From sequence record ON287370.1: 64,000 nucleotides of DNA, one strand, 5' to 3'. Position numbers and translations under genes: made by a program. The number at the start of each line of letters is the position of its first letter. Positions within the stretch are counted from its first letter, which is position 1. Of the stretch, positions 1 to 9,676 are shown piece after piece. Under the pieces are notes generated by a model. That model had not been told where the DNA came from. It worked only from the letters and a program-made list of their open reading frames with translations, and searched no databases.

Positions 1-238
1 AAACAGGTTTACCAGTAAGTTCTGAAAGTTTAGGCACACCCGTTGAAGGTTCCCAATCCTTTCCTCTTACTAAATCAATCCCACCTCTGATTACACGAAG
101 AGTGTTGTCCCCATACATCGGGCCTTCTTCTGGTACAATCCAAGGTGCTGAAATCTTAGCAAGATCTACAATGTCTTCTTTCTTAAACTCTGCTTTCTTA
201 GCCGAGTAATCAATATCGACAATATCTAAATCTTTCAT
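1..238 (-). CDS. Partial (3'-truncated by window edge) tail fibre/baseplate-associated protein, paralog of the two neighbouring genes
   Basis: Hand translation from ATG at 238 (SD GAGG upstream): MKDLDIVDIDYSAKKAEFKKEDIVDLAKISAPWIVPEEGPMYGDNTLRVIRGGIDLVRGKDWEPSTGVPKLSELTGKPV. It is open to base 2 and shares the IVP..GP.Y...DL....D......L...TGKPV pattern with the N-terminus of 293..4027. Not in the supplied ORF track. Confidence 0.75.
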   Translation of the reverse strand, partial: MKDLDIVDIDYSAKKAEFKKEDIVDLAKISAPWIVPEEGPMYGDNTLRVIRGGIDLVRGKDWEPSTGVPKLSELTGKPV

Positions 239-292
239 TTCAACCTCGATAATAAACTATTGGAGCGATCAAAAGATCGCCCCAGTAGTTAT

Positions 293-3200
293 TTAGTTTT
301 CAGGTAAGAAGTCACCAGGTAACAGAATAGCATCTGTATCGCCAATTTCAAATACAGAACCAGTGGAACCAAGTACAGACGAACCTTGTCTGGTAGTTGT
401 AAATGTAGCCCCATCCAGAGAGAACCGGTTATACGGGATAATGCGGTCTATCTGTGTAGGTCCACAATAAACAGTAGCAATCAAGGACTGAGATGCGCTC
501 TCAGGTCTAACTTCTAAACCAACCGAGTATTTCGCTAAACCACCACTATAGTAGAGGTAAACGTAATATGTCTTGTTGGCTGGATCAGGATCGATATCCA
601 GAATGTCGATATACTGAGCAGGAATGTTGTACATTTTACCTGCTAACAGAATGTTCGTCATTTTCTGGAAATAGATGGTATAGGCAGGAGTGATAATATT
701 CGTCGCCCCAACTACCATGGGTCCTGAAAAATCATAACTAGCGATGGCTTGGTAGATCGGTATGTTTTGATTTGTGGCTGTACCTGCGTTACCTGCAGTC
801 TCAAATAGATTAAGCCCTTTATCGGTGTTGATCATACCGTACCATGGGGAATGGTCGAGAGATCCGATGATGTTCCAATATGTACCGTACATCTGCATGC
901 TATTCATGATCTGATGATTGGCGGCATTAACTTCCAGAACAACGTTTACACGACCATCACCATACTGAGCATTATACTTAGAGTCAAAACGGAAATTAAT
1001 AGTGTAAGTCGAATCGTCAACTACTTGACCATTACCTGGGTTGCGAGCTTTATATGGTACTGATGTGCAAGCACCTTGATAGATCTTAGACCCACCTAGT
1101 TCATTAAACCAGGTAAATGTATAGTCATCCCCACCTTGAGCAGCTAATTGGTCAGTTACTATGGTGTGAACTTCAGATGCCTGATTCCAAATAACATCGC
1201 GGTAGTATTGATAACCATCTTTGTTAGTTGGAGTTGAATATCCACCAAGCATACCGATAACAAATGCCGCTGTACACTTACTCCCTTCGATTTTGTACAC
1301 CCCGAATATTTCTCTGATATACCCACGTGTATCCACAAACCGACCAACAGTCCATGAATTAGTGACTTGAGAAGCATTAAAGCCATAAGGTGCGAATAAC
1401 TGGACCAACTGATTACGGACAAAGGTATTTAAATCGAATACAACTTTAGGAGTAAAGTTAATAACATTATTGACCAGCTTGGTTTGCATTTCCCAGACTA
1501 AAAGTCCATCCCCATTAAAACCACGACCTCCATTACCTTTACCTGTAATGTAAGTACCTGCTGAGGCACCTAACATAGACACGGCATAGATATTTGGTCT
1601 GTTATATGGGTTGTTTACACCGGCTGGTTTAGAAATGTTATTAAACCGTACCTGCTGACCTAAGTTAGTCTGATGAACTTCAGATAGGTAAGGATAGTGC
1701 TCAACATTTTGGCCGCCGTATACTGAGATCTCTGGTGGTTTACGAACACTATAATCGGTATTATAGATATCGGCTTTACGAGCAATCCACTGAGGGACCA
1801 TCTTACCATCTTTAACGATTAACTGTTTAGTCATCAAACAGCCAGACTTAGGATCATCACTATCCATCGGATAATAATAGTTCCCAACAAACCCGGCTGA
1901 TAAACCAATAGGGTTCAGTTCATCGAAGGTACGATAACCATCACCATCATAATAACGGTTTTGACCACCCGCCATCAGAATGTTTTCTGGTGTTTTCAAC
2001 CAGTCACATTGAAGCATGAAGTAAGGGCTTGGGAATGTACCGTTTGCTGCACCATCCGCAAATACAATAAAGTTATCCGCAATCATTGCGTGACCGACTA
2101 AGTCACATCCATCTGGATAGCTACCGGTAAATACCCATTTATAATAATCGTCATATTCCTTAACACCAGGTTTACGGTTATAAGGATCTATGGTGTAAAG
2201 CTTATCAGAGCCTTCAGATGGTTTAATGTGGACAGTGACATTATCACCATTAAAGTCAAATGTTAGTCTGGCTCTATATTGAGCATGGAACCCATTCCAT
2301 CCACCAGGTTTATCAGTTTCAGCAGAAGTAATCTGAAGTTTAAAATTCCAGACATCTTCATTCTGCATTTTCTTCCAATAACTGAATATGGTACGGTGAC
2401 CCCAGATACTTTTACTAGGTGGATCGTAGCGAGCATAGTGAGATAGGATCTCATAATCCTGGTCCCCGTCCTTACCAAACTCAGGCCACCAAGGTGTAAA
2501 GTATTTATCATTCTTATTACCAAACACAGGGTGAGTAAAATCTACATTAGCCCTGATACCTTTACTAGAAAGGTTATGGAAAACGATGAATGAGAAACCA
2601 GCTTCACCTAAGTTAATACCTCGAACGTTATACCAATTAGAAGGGTGTTCTAATTGACGACGTTCTTCAAACTGCCAGAGGTTATAACCCTGAACGATAC
2701 ACCAAGTATTGGGGTAAGTCGAGTCAGCTAACAGACACATCTTAGAAGTAGGGTGGTCAATCCATCCACCACGCTTATCAGCGAGGTCTTCATCAATCCA
2801 AACACCAGTAATACGATGGAGTACGTGGCGGTTAGGGTTAAAGGTACCTTTGGTCTCACACCAATACCAGATATTCTTAACTGAGTCGCCAACAACCATG
2901 ATGTAACGGTTTGAACCATTCATGATGGTATCTAACTGAGCACCATCTGCTGTTGCAGTTGGGTGAACATACTGATACGAAGTAAACTCGTAGTCAGGAT
3001 TCTGAGAACGCCAGTTAACGGAGCGAATAAAATAGAGACCACGAATCTTACCGTTGTTACGGTGCTGAAGCATCAACAGAGTACCATCAGTTTCAACAAT
3101 CGCACCTGACTGTCTATTTAAACCACCAAGACCTTCGAAGGAACCAGAGATGGTTGGAGGAATGAATGTGTCAGACCCGTATCGCAGAATAGGTAGAGCA

Positions 3201-4027
3201 CCTGCTGGATATAGTCTCTCATTCGTCCCTGAAGCTGCCATAGCGGCACGCTTAGCATTAAATGGTGTAACTGTAAGATCGTCTCGTAAACCTTCCAGAG
3301 TCTCTTGCAGGTTGGCTGCTGGGATGTTATCTACTAAGTCAAGACCTATCTTAGTTTTGTCAGTACCGTGGGCGTCATGCTTGTTGTTGATATGTGACTG
3401 GACAAGATCATTAATAACTTTTTTGTAACCTTCTACGTATACCTTGAGGTGATCCTTCAACATCTGAACCATGAAGTCTTGTGCAGACACCATAGTTGCT
3501 TGCAGTTCAGCAATACGATTCAGTTCACGAACCAAGTCAGTGAAACCATAGATCTGATATGCTAAATCATGCTGGTGAATTTCTGGAATAAACCAAAGCG
3601 GTCTGTTTTGAATATTTTCAAAATCAACATAACGATCATCTTCATGAATGCTTTTCAGCATATTCAGAATTTCATTGGTGATCTTGTTAAAGTTACCAAC
3701 AACTTGATAATCGATATACCACTCAGTGATTTCATCTTTAAGGATGCGAATAAAGAGACCTACAGGTTTACCAGTAAACTTAGTAAGCTTACCCATAATT
3801 CCATAGAACTCGTAATCCTCATTCTCTACCAGTGGCTTTCTATTCTTATCGTACAGTCTTACAGACTTCTGATAGAAAGGAGCATAATTGGGAATGACGA
3901 TGTTATTATTCTTTACATCCTGACGATACATGAATTCCTGATTGACTTTATTAAAACGGTCTTCACCGGTTAAGTCAAGCTTATATAAAGGAATGTCTTC
4001 TTTGATCATTGGATATAACCTTTTCAT
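293..4027 (-). CDS. Large tail fibre / baseplate-associated virion protein (phiKZ gp145/146-like family); likely start 4009
   Basis: 1244 aa ORF with a conserved N-terminal domain, then an H..GTDK..IGL..VDN fibre-type motif, then a long beta/aromatic-rich body. Met7 (4009) has an AAGG SD; Met1 is directly preceded by a hairpin. Confidence 0.7.
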   Translation of the reverse strand: MKRLYPMIKEDIPLYKLDLTGEDRFNKVNQEFMYRQDVKNNNIVIPNYAPFYQKSVRLYDKNRKPLVENEDYEFYGIMGKLTKFTGKPVGLFIRILKDEITEWYIDYQVVGNFNKITNEILNMLKSIHEDDRYVDFENIQNRPLWFIPEIHQHDLAYQIYGFTDLVRELNRIAELQATMVSAQDFMVQMLKDHLKVYVEGYKKVINDLVQSHINNKHDAHGTDKTKIGLDLVDNIPAANLQETLEGLRDDLTVTPFNAKRAAMAASGTNERLYPAGALPILRYGSDTFIPPTISGSFEGLGGLNRQSGAIVETDGTLLMLQHRNNGKIRGLYFIRSVNWRSQNPDYEFTSYQYVHPTATADGAQLDTIMNGSNRYIMVVGDSVKNIWYWCETKGTFNPNRHVLHRITGVWIDEDLADKRGGWIDHPTSKMCLLADSTYPNTWCIVQGYNLWQFEERRQLEHPSNWYNVRGINLGEAGFSFIVFHNLSSKGIRANVDFTHPVFGNKNDKYFTPWWPEFGKDGDQDYEILSHYARYDPPSKSIWGHRTIFSYWKKMQNEDVWNFKLQITSAETDKPGGWNGFHAQYRARLTFDFNGDNVTVHIKPSEGSDKLYTIDPYNRKPGVKEYDDYYKWVFTGSYPDGCDLVGHAMIADNFIVFADGAANGTFPSPYFMLQCDWLKTPENILMAGGQNRYYDGDGYRTFDELNPIGLSAGFVGNYYYPMDSDDPKSGCLMTKQLIVKDGKMVPQWIARKADIYNTDYSVRKPPEISVYGGQNVEHYPYLSEVHQTNLGQQVRFNNISKPAGVNNPYNRPNIYAVSMLGASAGTYITGKGNGGRGFNGDGLLVWEMQTKLVNNVINFTPKVVFDLNTFVRNQLVQLFAPYGFNASQVTNSWTVGRFVDTRGYIREIFGVYKIEGSKCTAAFVIGMLGGYSTPTNKDGYQYYRDVIWNQASEVHTIVTDQLAAQGGDDYTFTWFNELGGSKIYQGACTSVPYKARNPGNGQVVDDSTYTINFRFDSKYNAQYGDGRVNVVLEVNAANHQIMNSMQMYGTYWNIIGSLDHSPWYGMINTDKGLNLFETAGNAGTATNQNIPIYQAIASYDFSGPMVVGATNIITPAYTIYFQKMTNILLAGKMYNIPAQYIDILDIDPDPANKTYYVYLYYSGGLAKYSVGLEVRPESASQSLIATVYCGPTQIDRIIPYNRFSLDGATFTTTRQGSSVLGSTGSVFEIGDTDAILLPGDFLPEN

Positions 4028-4030
4028 ATA

Positions 4031-4060
4031 CTTAACCGGAACCCGAAGATTCCGGTTAAG
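4031..4060 (-). promoter_or_regulatory. Stable cUUCGg-capped hairpin just upstream of the tail fibre gene
   Basis: Minus strand CTTAACCGGAA-TC-TTCG-GG-TTCCGGTTAAG: 11 perfect pairs plus a U-G and a C-G closing a UUCG loop. No U-tract follows. Confidence 0.6.
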
Positions 4061-4071
4061 GTGAGAGTTAT

Positions 4072-4836
4072 TTAACGCCAGTCACCACGGCTATAACCAC
4101 GAATAGCTTCTTTCATTACAGCCATGTTGATGAGTAGTTCAGTAGAGTTACCTTGAATATCATCAGTAGTGGCCATTGCCCAGTCTTTAAGGTGTGCAAC
4201 ACCAAGCATTTCCAAAGTAGCTTTGTGAGCGTGCTGGAGATCTGCTTCTAAGTGGGCTTTGAATTCGCTAACGAAGCTTACACTGGTATCATTATCTGTG
4301 ATAGCATCCAGATATGACTGCATCCAAGCAATCAAGTCACCATAGTTCATGGTATCAGATGCAGGATGGTCATGTGGATCTGGTGGCCATACCAGAGGCA
4401 GGTTAACGATATCGTTCCAGTCAATCGTACGTGGAGCAGTGAGTGTATTTGCAACTGCGGCTGCATAAGCTGCGTCGTTCAGTACAAAATCACCACCAAT
4501 GGTGTCATACTCGATCACATAGTCAGTTGGAGTAGCAACACCTTTAACTACAATAGCGCCCCAGACTAAACGGTTATAACGTTTGATGAAAGCACCGAAT
4601 GGGTGAATGAAACTATATTCACCAGCTTCCATACTAAGAGGGCGATCAGACCCTTTCTTTTTAATAACAAAATTACGACTGAAGAATGGACCATTACGAG
4701 GAACAATAATAGTTCCTTTGTCTCCACCTTCAACATGAGCTGATTCATTAGTAATCCGGCAATCAGCCAAATCCTGGAACGGATTCCAAGGATAGACTAT
4801 TTTACCAGATACCTGAACCCTTGAATCTTTTGACAT
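4072..4836 (-). CDS. Virion structural protein sharing the N-terminal domain of the adjacent tail fibre genes
   Basis: 254 aa; IIVPRNGPFF...RPL..E.GEY and IDWNDIVNLPLVWPPDPHDH parallel IVIPNYAPFY...KPLVENEDY and VDFENIQNRPLWFIPEIHQH in 293..4027. Confidence 0.7.
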   Translation of the reverse strand: MSKDSRVQVSGKIVYPWNPFQDLADCRITNESAHVEGGDKGTIIVPRNGPFFSRNFVIKKKGSDRPLSMEAGEYSFIHPFGAFIKRYNRLVWGAIVVKGVATPTDYVIEYDTIGGDFVLNDAAYAAAVANTLTAPRTIDWNDIVNLPLVWPPDPHDHPASDTMNYGDLIAWMQSYLDAITDNDTSVSFVSEFKAHLEADLQHAHKATLEMLGVAHLKDWAMATTDDIQGNSTELLINMAVMKEAIRGYSRGDWR

Positions 4837-4865
4837 TAGCTATGTTCCTCTATAAGGTTTAGAAC

Positions 4866-6095
4866 ATGTATACATACAAATACTCAGTGGGGCGATACAG
4901 AAACTATAGACCAGGCTATCACATTGTTGATATTGCTGACTATAGTGTCGCTGATCTTGAGAAACTGTTTGACCTTCTTTACATTGTCATCGATGACAGC
5001 ATGTTTAAAGATAAAGTCTGCATTACTCTTCAAGACTACCGACTTGACTTCGCCAAAAATCCAACCTTAACAATTCAGAAATGGTTAGACACCAAAGTAA
5101 ATGATGTCTTGACTTTATCTGACGTTATGCCTGGTGATAAGTACCGTTATGTTAAGTTAGAACGTATTTTCACCTATGGCTACTTCCACTATCCGGCTAA
5201 CATAAACCTCGCAAATGATAGACAGGACCTACTCACTTCTGATGGTGCACCTGACATTAGAATAGAACAATACAGGTATCAAAATATCGACTATAACCAT
5301 ATTAATGATTACGCCTTGTTCCAAGTGAACGGTGTATTCACCAGATCGGTTGGTCGTAAAGACGGTATCTATTTGTTGGGTGCTGGACTGGACTATATCA
5401 AGAATCGTAAAGATTTAAGAATCGGTGCGCTGAATTTCCAGAAAATCGGTAAGATCAAAACTATTCCTATCACTAAAGATATCTTGCAAGAAGTCTCTAC
5501 CACGTCTAATAAACGTTGGGAGATCAAGGTAACTGATGATCTAAGTGCTAAAACAATTTATGTCGTCGTTAATGGTCAGTTGTTAGTAGACAACAGTATT
5601 ACTTACAAAGTTGCTGATGATCGTATTGCTATTGATTTAACTTCGTTTGATGTCATTCATCATTACTTCAATTATCAACACTATACCAGAACACCTAAGT
5701 TAACGAACCTCACTAAGTTCGATACTTATAAACAGCAAGCTCTTTTAGCTGACAACAGTTTCATCGTGTTAATCGATAACCCTAGTGTGGGTGTGGATGT
5801 TAGTCCTATGACTACTTTCCATTACCCGACTGTACTCCACACTGAAGAGAAGTTCCAACATCCTTTAGTTGTGGATAATGGGATGTTCCCAGTTCCTTAT
5901 ATTCGTACTTACGGAATTGGACAACGTCTCTGGTCTCATGACTTGCGTATCTATAACAAATATCCTACACTAACTACTGGTACCTTAGATGGCAATGTGG
6001 TTCCTAACGACACTGTCAACCCAGGTAATCCCGGTGCCTTGATGAAAGGGTGGATGTTTAAGATTCACGCAGTTGATCTAGGAAAAACAAGATGA
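4866..6095 (+). CDS. Conserved hypothetical, probably virion structural protein
   Basis: 409 aa ORF, beta-rich, in the tail/lysis block; its stop overlaps the next start (ATGA). No catalytic motif recognised. Confidence 0.55.
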   Translation: MYTYKYSVGRYRNYRPGYHIVDIADYSVADLEKLFDLLYIVIDDSMFKDKVCITLQDYRLDFAKNPTLTIQKWLDTKVNDVLTLSDVMPGDKYRYVKLERIFTYGYFHYPANINLANDRQDLLTSDGAPDIRIEQYRYQNIDYNHINDYALFQVNGVFTRSVGRKDGIYLLGAGLDYIKNRKDLRIGALNFQKIGKIKTIPITKDILQEVSTTSNKRWEIKVTDDLSAKTIYVVVNGQLLVDNSITYKVADDRIAIDLTSFDVIHHYFNYQHYTRTPKLTNLTKFDTYKQQALLADNSFIVLIDNPSVGVDVSPMTTFHYPTVLHTEEKFQHPLVVDNGMFPVPYIRTYGIGQRLWSHDLRIYNKYPTLTTGTLDGNVVPNDTVNPGNPGALMKGWMFKIHAVDLGKTR

Positions 6096-6541
6096 ACGAG
6101 TCATTTAAAAATAAGCTAGCTGCTTTGAACACCATCGCTTTATGGATATTGGTGTTGTTCATTGGTGGTTGGTTAATCTTTAAACAGGATAGTACTGTAA
6201 GTAAAGATACCATTGATAAACTGACTACAGCTGTTGACCGTATCTCTGTAACTGCGGAGAATATGACTAAAACAGCCAATGCTCAGCGTGAATGGACGGA
6301 GAACTTACAGAAGTCTAGTTACGCTAATAACCTTAAACGTGAAGGTGAATATGAAGACCTTTATCAAAAATATGGATATGATCCTAAAAGGGATGCTGGT
6401 AATTTGTCTGAGCTTTATGATCTGCGCTTGCAGCGGTCCGAAGATATCGGAAGCGGAAACGTACGTGGAAGCAAAGACGGAGCTTCAAAAGCTCAACCTG
6501 TACAAAAGCCAGCTAGTAACACTAAAGCCATCTCTAACTGA
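6092..6541 (+). CDS. Inner-membrane spanin (Rz-like)
   Basis: 149 aa with one N-terminal TM helix (LAALNTIALWILVLFIGGWLIF) followed by a helical, coiled-coil-like periplasmic part; overlapped by a lipoprotein ORF. Confidence 0.7.
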   Translation: MNESFKNKLAALNTIALWILVLFIGGWLIFKQDSTVSKDTIDKLTTAVDRISVTAENMTKTANAQREWTENLQKSSYANNLKREGEYEDLYQKYGYDPKRDAGNLSELYDLRLQRSEDIGSGNVRGSKDGASKAQPVQKPASNTKAISN

Positions 6542-6836
6542 TGTACCAACCAACATATATACTTATGATTGGAAACCTATAGAACCAATGATTGGTAATT
6601 TGGATCAGTTCCTGGCTAACAATGATTGCTTGGCTGCTGATGACTTTAAAATGTGTTATCTACATACCCGGCTCCTGTTAATCGGTACTACTAAGGAGCT
6701 TGATGCTTCTAACGATCGTATCAATGGACTGAACGAAGTTGTTGGCCGACTACGCAGTAACATAAACCAGATCATCGATAACTTTGATGACGGTTCTACA
6801 GAGAAAACTAAACTCTCTTTGAAGTTGGTTAAATAA
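6351..6836 (+). CDS. Outer-membrane lipoprotein spanin (Rz1-like), starting inside the i-spanin gene in the +1 frame
   Basis: ATG 6351 is preceded by GAAGGTG. Signal peptide MKTFIKNMDMILKGMLVICLSFMICA-C-SG ends in a lipobox-like Cys, followed by a helical domain with two further Cys. Confidence 0.7.
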   Translation: MKTFIKNMDMILKGMLVICLSFMICACSGPKISEAETYVEAKTELQKLNLYKSQLVTLKPSLTDVPTNIYTYDWKPIEPMIGNLDQFLANNDCLAADDFKMCYLHTRLLLIGTTKELDASNDRINGLNEVVGRLRSNINQIIDNFDDGSTEKTKLSLKLVK

Positions 6837-6846
6837 GTAAGCATAA

Positions 6847-6879
6847 CCCCTACCCCTCCAATTAAGGAGTGGGTAGGGG
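6847..6879. terminator. Bidirectional intrinsic terminator, conserved hairpin family
   Basis: CCCCTACCCCTCC-AATTAA-GGAGTGGGTAGGGG between convergent genes (6836 and 6890). Confidence 0.8.
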
Positions 6880-6889
6880 AGTATGTTGT

Positions 6890-7546
6890 TTATTTTGGTT
6901 GTATCCAACTAGCCAGCTTAGTACGGAACTTCTCAAGTTTATTAGCACCTTGAATAACGGTATTAATCGTAGCACTTGCCCGAACAAAGTTCCAGGAAGT
7001 AACCACTGGACCTATGACGACTAATAGTAACTCTGAATTACTCGGAAGAGGTTTACCAGAGATCATAGAGTCGTGTATCGTCCAAGTAAACAACAAGCTA
7101 CAGAAACAAATGACATGTGTGGATACAGCACCAGCTATTGCTCTTAGAATAACTGATGTCGGTCCCACTAGTTCACGCTCAATAGCAAAATCGTTAGCAG
7201 TAACAATGGATGGTATCTGAGGCACCACTATTTGTTTAGCAACGGGTTCTCCACCTGGATTATCTTCAGGTGATGTTAATATAGTTGTTATGATCGCTCT
7301 TGCGTTGACGAAGTTCCATGCGATGATAATAGGTCCCATCATCATGATAAGCGCTGTGAGTATTCCAGGCCACGTTGAAACACCTCCTGTAACAGAGAGA
7401 TGTATGGACAGAATAAAGATAGCACTTTCTGCGTTAACTGTTATACAAGAACTAAAACCAGATATCGCTTTTAAGGCTATTGGGAATTTATCCCAACGCT
7501 TTATATCATTTTGGATATTTGGTGGTTTTATCGATGTCTTTTCCAT
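6890..7546 (-). CDS. Multi-pass membrane protein with an internal duplication; holin candidate
   Basis: About 4 hydrophobic segments in two similar halves (GPIIIAWNFVNA / GPVVTSWNFVRA). ATG at 7546; the track start at 7549 is TTG. Next to the spanins. Confidence 0.55.
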   Translation of the reverse strand: MEKTSIKPPNIQNDIKRWDKFPIALKAISGFSSCITVNAESAIFILSIHLSVTGGVSTWPGILTALIMMMGPIIIAWNFVNARAIITTILTSPEDNPGGEPVAKQIVVPQIPSIVTANDFAIERELVGPTSVILRAIAGAVSTHVICFCSLLFTWTIHDSMISGKPLPSNSELLLVVIGPVVTSWNFVRASATINTVIQGANKLEKFRTKLASWIQPK

Positions 7547-8099
7547 CAAGCACGTCCCAACCTAAGTCTCGGTAATACTGAACCGCAGTATAAAGACCTA
7601 ACAGTATAGCATCATTGGCGTGCTCAGTTAACTTGTTCAGATCAAATCCATTCAAGTCTAAGAAAGGACATTTCATAAGACCCTTGGTAACATCGTCCTT
7701 GGTCGTTCCTCTAAAGTCAGCATCTACGATCTTTTTAGCAAGACGTGGAAGCACTTGTCTAAAGGCAACATCTTTCTGATTAGTAACTGTGTACTGGTGG
7801 ATGAAAGAAACTATTTCGATGAGGCGTTTAAAACTTGATGGGGAGATCCCTAAGAAGTTATCCTCACAAGAAACTACAGCAGGGTTAATCATTTCAAATA
7901 CATGCCCATAGACTCGTGTAAGCCCAAGAGCACGTACCTGTTGTGGGTTGTCCTGTCTAACACCAAACTCATTATACTCACCCTGTAAGGTATCAGCATA
8001 AATCAGTTTGAATGGTTTCCTTTCATAACAGTCTACTTCCAATGCCGCCGCACCAAGATTAGTAATACCTGGATCTATTCCTAGTATGCGTACTGTCAT
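7506..8099 (-). CDS. ruvC: RuvC-like Holliday junction resolvase
   Basis: ILGIDPG (catalytic D), VVSCED (E) and EHANDAI (two acidic positions) match the RuvC RNase H fold motifs. Confidence 0.85.
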   Translation of the reverse strand: MTVRILGIDPGITNLGAAALEVDCYERKPFKLIYADTLQGEYNEFGVRQDNPQQVRALGLTRVYGHVFEMINPAVVSCEDNFLGISPSSFKRLIEIVSFIHQYTVTNQKDVAFRQVLPRLAKKIVDADFRGTTKDDVTKGLMKCPFLDLNGFDLNKLTEHANDAILLGLYTAVQYYRDLGWDVLDGKDIDKTTKYPK

Positions 8100-8103
8100 A
8101 GCT

Positions 8104-8721
8104 TTATCCTACAAAAAGTGCATGGGTTTTATAACCCCCATACGTCGCTAACTCCACCACAACTAAAAGACTAGTATCTCGGTTGAAGTTATAAATATCC
8201 GGTGCTTTAGAACCCGGACCAAAATAACGCATCATAAAGTAAGCTGTGGTATTACCGCCATTTGGATTAGCGGACCAACCATCACCTACACCATAACGGT
8301 TAAGAAGATCAGCCAACTTACGTGACTTATCTGCGTTGAACTGGCTTGAATCGTAATAGACATTTAAAGGAAGATCTTTAAGGAACATCAATTCCTTTTC
8401 AGTATTAATCGTAATACCAAAGTTATTCACAACTTCCTGATAAGGGAAAACTTTAGGATTATCAAGCGTTGTGTTTTGACTAAGTTGCCGAGTAATAGTG
8501 TATCGATCTTTAAATACCCAGATTGTTTTACCCGTACTTATCTCAACCACTTCAAGAGTTAGTAGACCATCTTCAGCTACATAAGCTAAACGATCTTCAT
8601 AAATCCGTGGATCAATAAGATCACCATACATTTCATAAACAGAACTGGCCACGGCCGAAACCGTGGTCCATTTAGAAAGTTTTAGATGGCGTGGGGTGAG
8701 TGGAAGTTCTTGTTCAGTCAT
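8104..8721 (-). CDS. Hypothetical protein, probably virion-associated
   Basis: 205 aa ORF with an SD, inside a co-oriented structural operon. Confidence 0.55.
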   Translation of the reverse strand: MTEQELPLTPRHLKLSKWTTVSAVASSVYEMYGDLIDPRIYEDRLAYVAEDGLLTLEVVEISTGKTIWVFKDRYTITRQLSQNTTLDNPKVFPYQEVVNNFGITINTEKELMFLKDLPLNVYYDSSQFNADKSRKLADLLNRYGVGDGWSANPNGGNTTAYFMMRYFGPGSKAPDIYNFNRDTSLLVVVELATYGGYKTHALFVG

Positions 8722-8738
8722 TCCTTTGCCCCTTACGG

Positions 8739-9671
8739 TTATTTAATCCCAGCGCCGCCCAAAGATACGGCTGATGGATCAACCAACAGCGGCAGGGAGT
8801 TACCGTACCAGAAGAAGTAAGGCATTTTGCTGTTAGCGTTAGCATCACGAGCATATGCTTCGGTAATCTGGAAGGACACACAAGCTGACTGCAGTTCTTT
8901 ATATTCTACAGTACCACCACCCGCGATGGAACCGGTATTACGAGATTCGATACCATAAGCCAGGTACATTTCGTTGATTGCAGCTTTACCTGCATCGTTG
9001 AACAGTACACGACAAACGTTACGAACTTCTTCCAGGTCATTCCCATTCAGGGACAGATCCATTTTACCAGTACCGTTTACGTAGGTGTTGGTAATTGGGA
9101 TGTTGTTAGTAGACAGCAGTTCGTATGGCTTAGGAGTCAGGTCTTCTTTAACTGGAATGTATGGACGTTCGGTTTCGTTACCAGTTGCTGGATCACGTTC
9201 ACCGATCTTCATGCTTGGATCGAATTCAGTCCAACCAATCAGTTTCAGGTAATACATTACGTAAACCTTATCACCGATTTTGCGAACAACGCGAATACGG
9301 TAATTATCACGCATCACTGGATCGATGTCATCTGCAATTTCACGGATAACAAATGGGATCGGATAGAAAGCACCAAAGTCAGTTGCTTTGTGCTGATAAA
9401 CTTTACGACCTTCCAGGCCATTAGCGTCAGTACCGATAGAGCGAGAACCACCGATACCAATACCGTAGTAAGCTAGCTTGAAGTCTTTACCATTTTTACG
9501 ACCAACTGATTCATCAGCAAGGATGTCATACAGTTCGTTCATAGTGGTCCATTTTGGAATATCAACAGTCTGCCCAGTAGAACAAGCGGCGTTGATAATC
9601 ACACCCAGCGCGTTCGGAGTAACTAACTGGTTAGGAAGTTTCTGGGAGTCGCGCCCACTTTCATTAGCCAT
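8739..9671 (-). CDS. Conserved virion structural protein (phiKZ gp139-like)
   Basis: 310 aa with strong codon bias and a YYGIGIGGS...HKATDFGAFYPIPFVIR motif; position matches phiKZ-like gene order as recalled. Confidence 0.6.
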   Translation of the reverse strand: MANESGRDSQKLPNQLVTPNALGVIINAACSTGQTVDIPKWTTMNELYDILADESVGRKNGKDFKLAYYGIGIGGSRSIGTDANGLEGRKVYQHKATDFGAFYPIPFVIREIADDIDPVMRDNYRIRVVRKIGDKVYVMYYLKLIGWTEFDPSMKIGERDPATGNETERPYIPVKEDLTPKPYELLSTNNIPITNTYVNGTGKMDLSLNGNDLEEVRNVCRVLFNDAGKAAINEMYLAYGIESRNTGSIAGGGTVEYKELQSACVSFQITEAYARDANANSKMPYFFWYGNSLPLLVDPSAVSLGGAGIK

Positions 9672-9676
9672 CTGAA

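Noticed and set aside
7544-7549. Lambda S-like dual start (MM) for the holin candidate
   Set aside because: The first codon is TTG, directly adjacent to the ATG, with no intervening charged residue.
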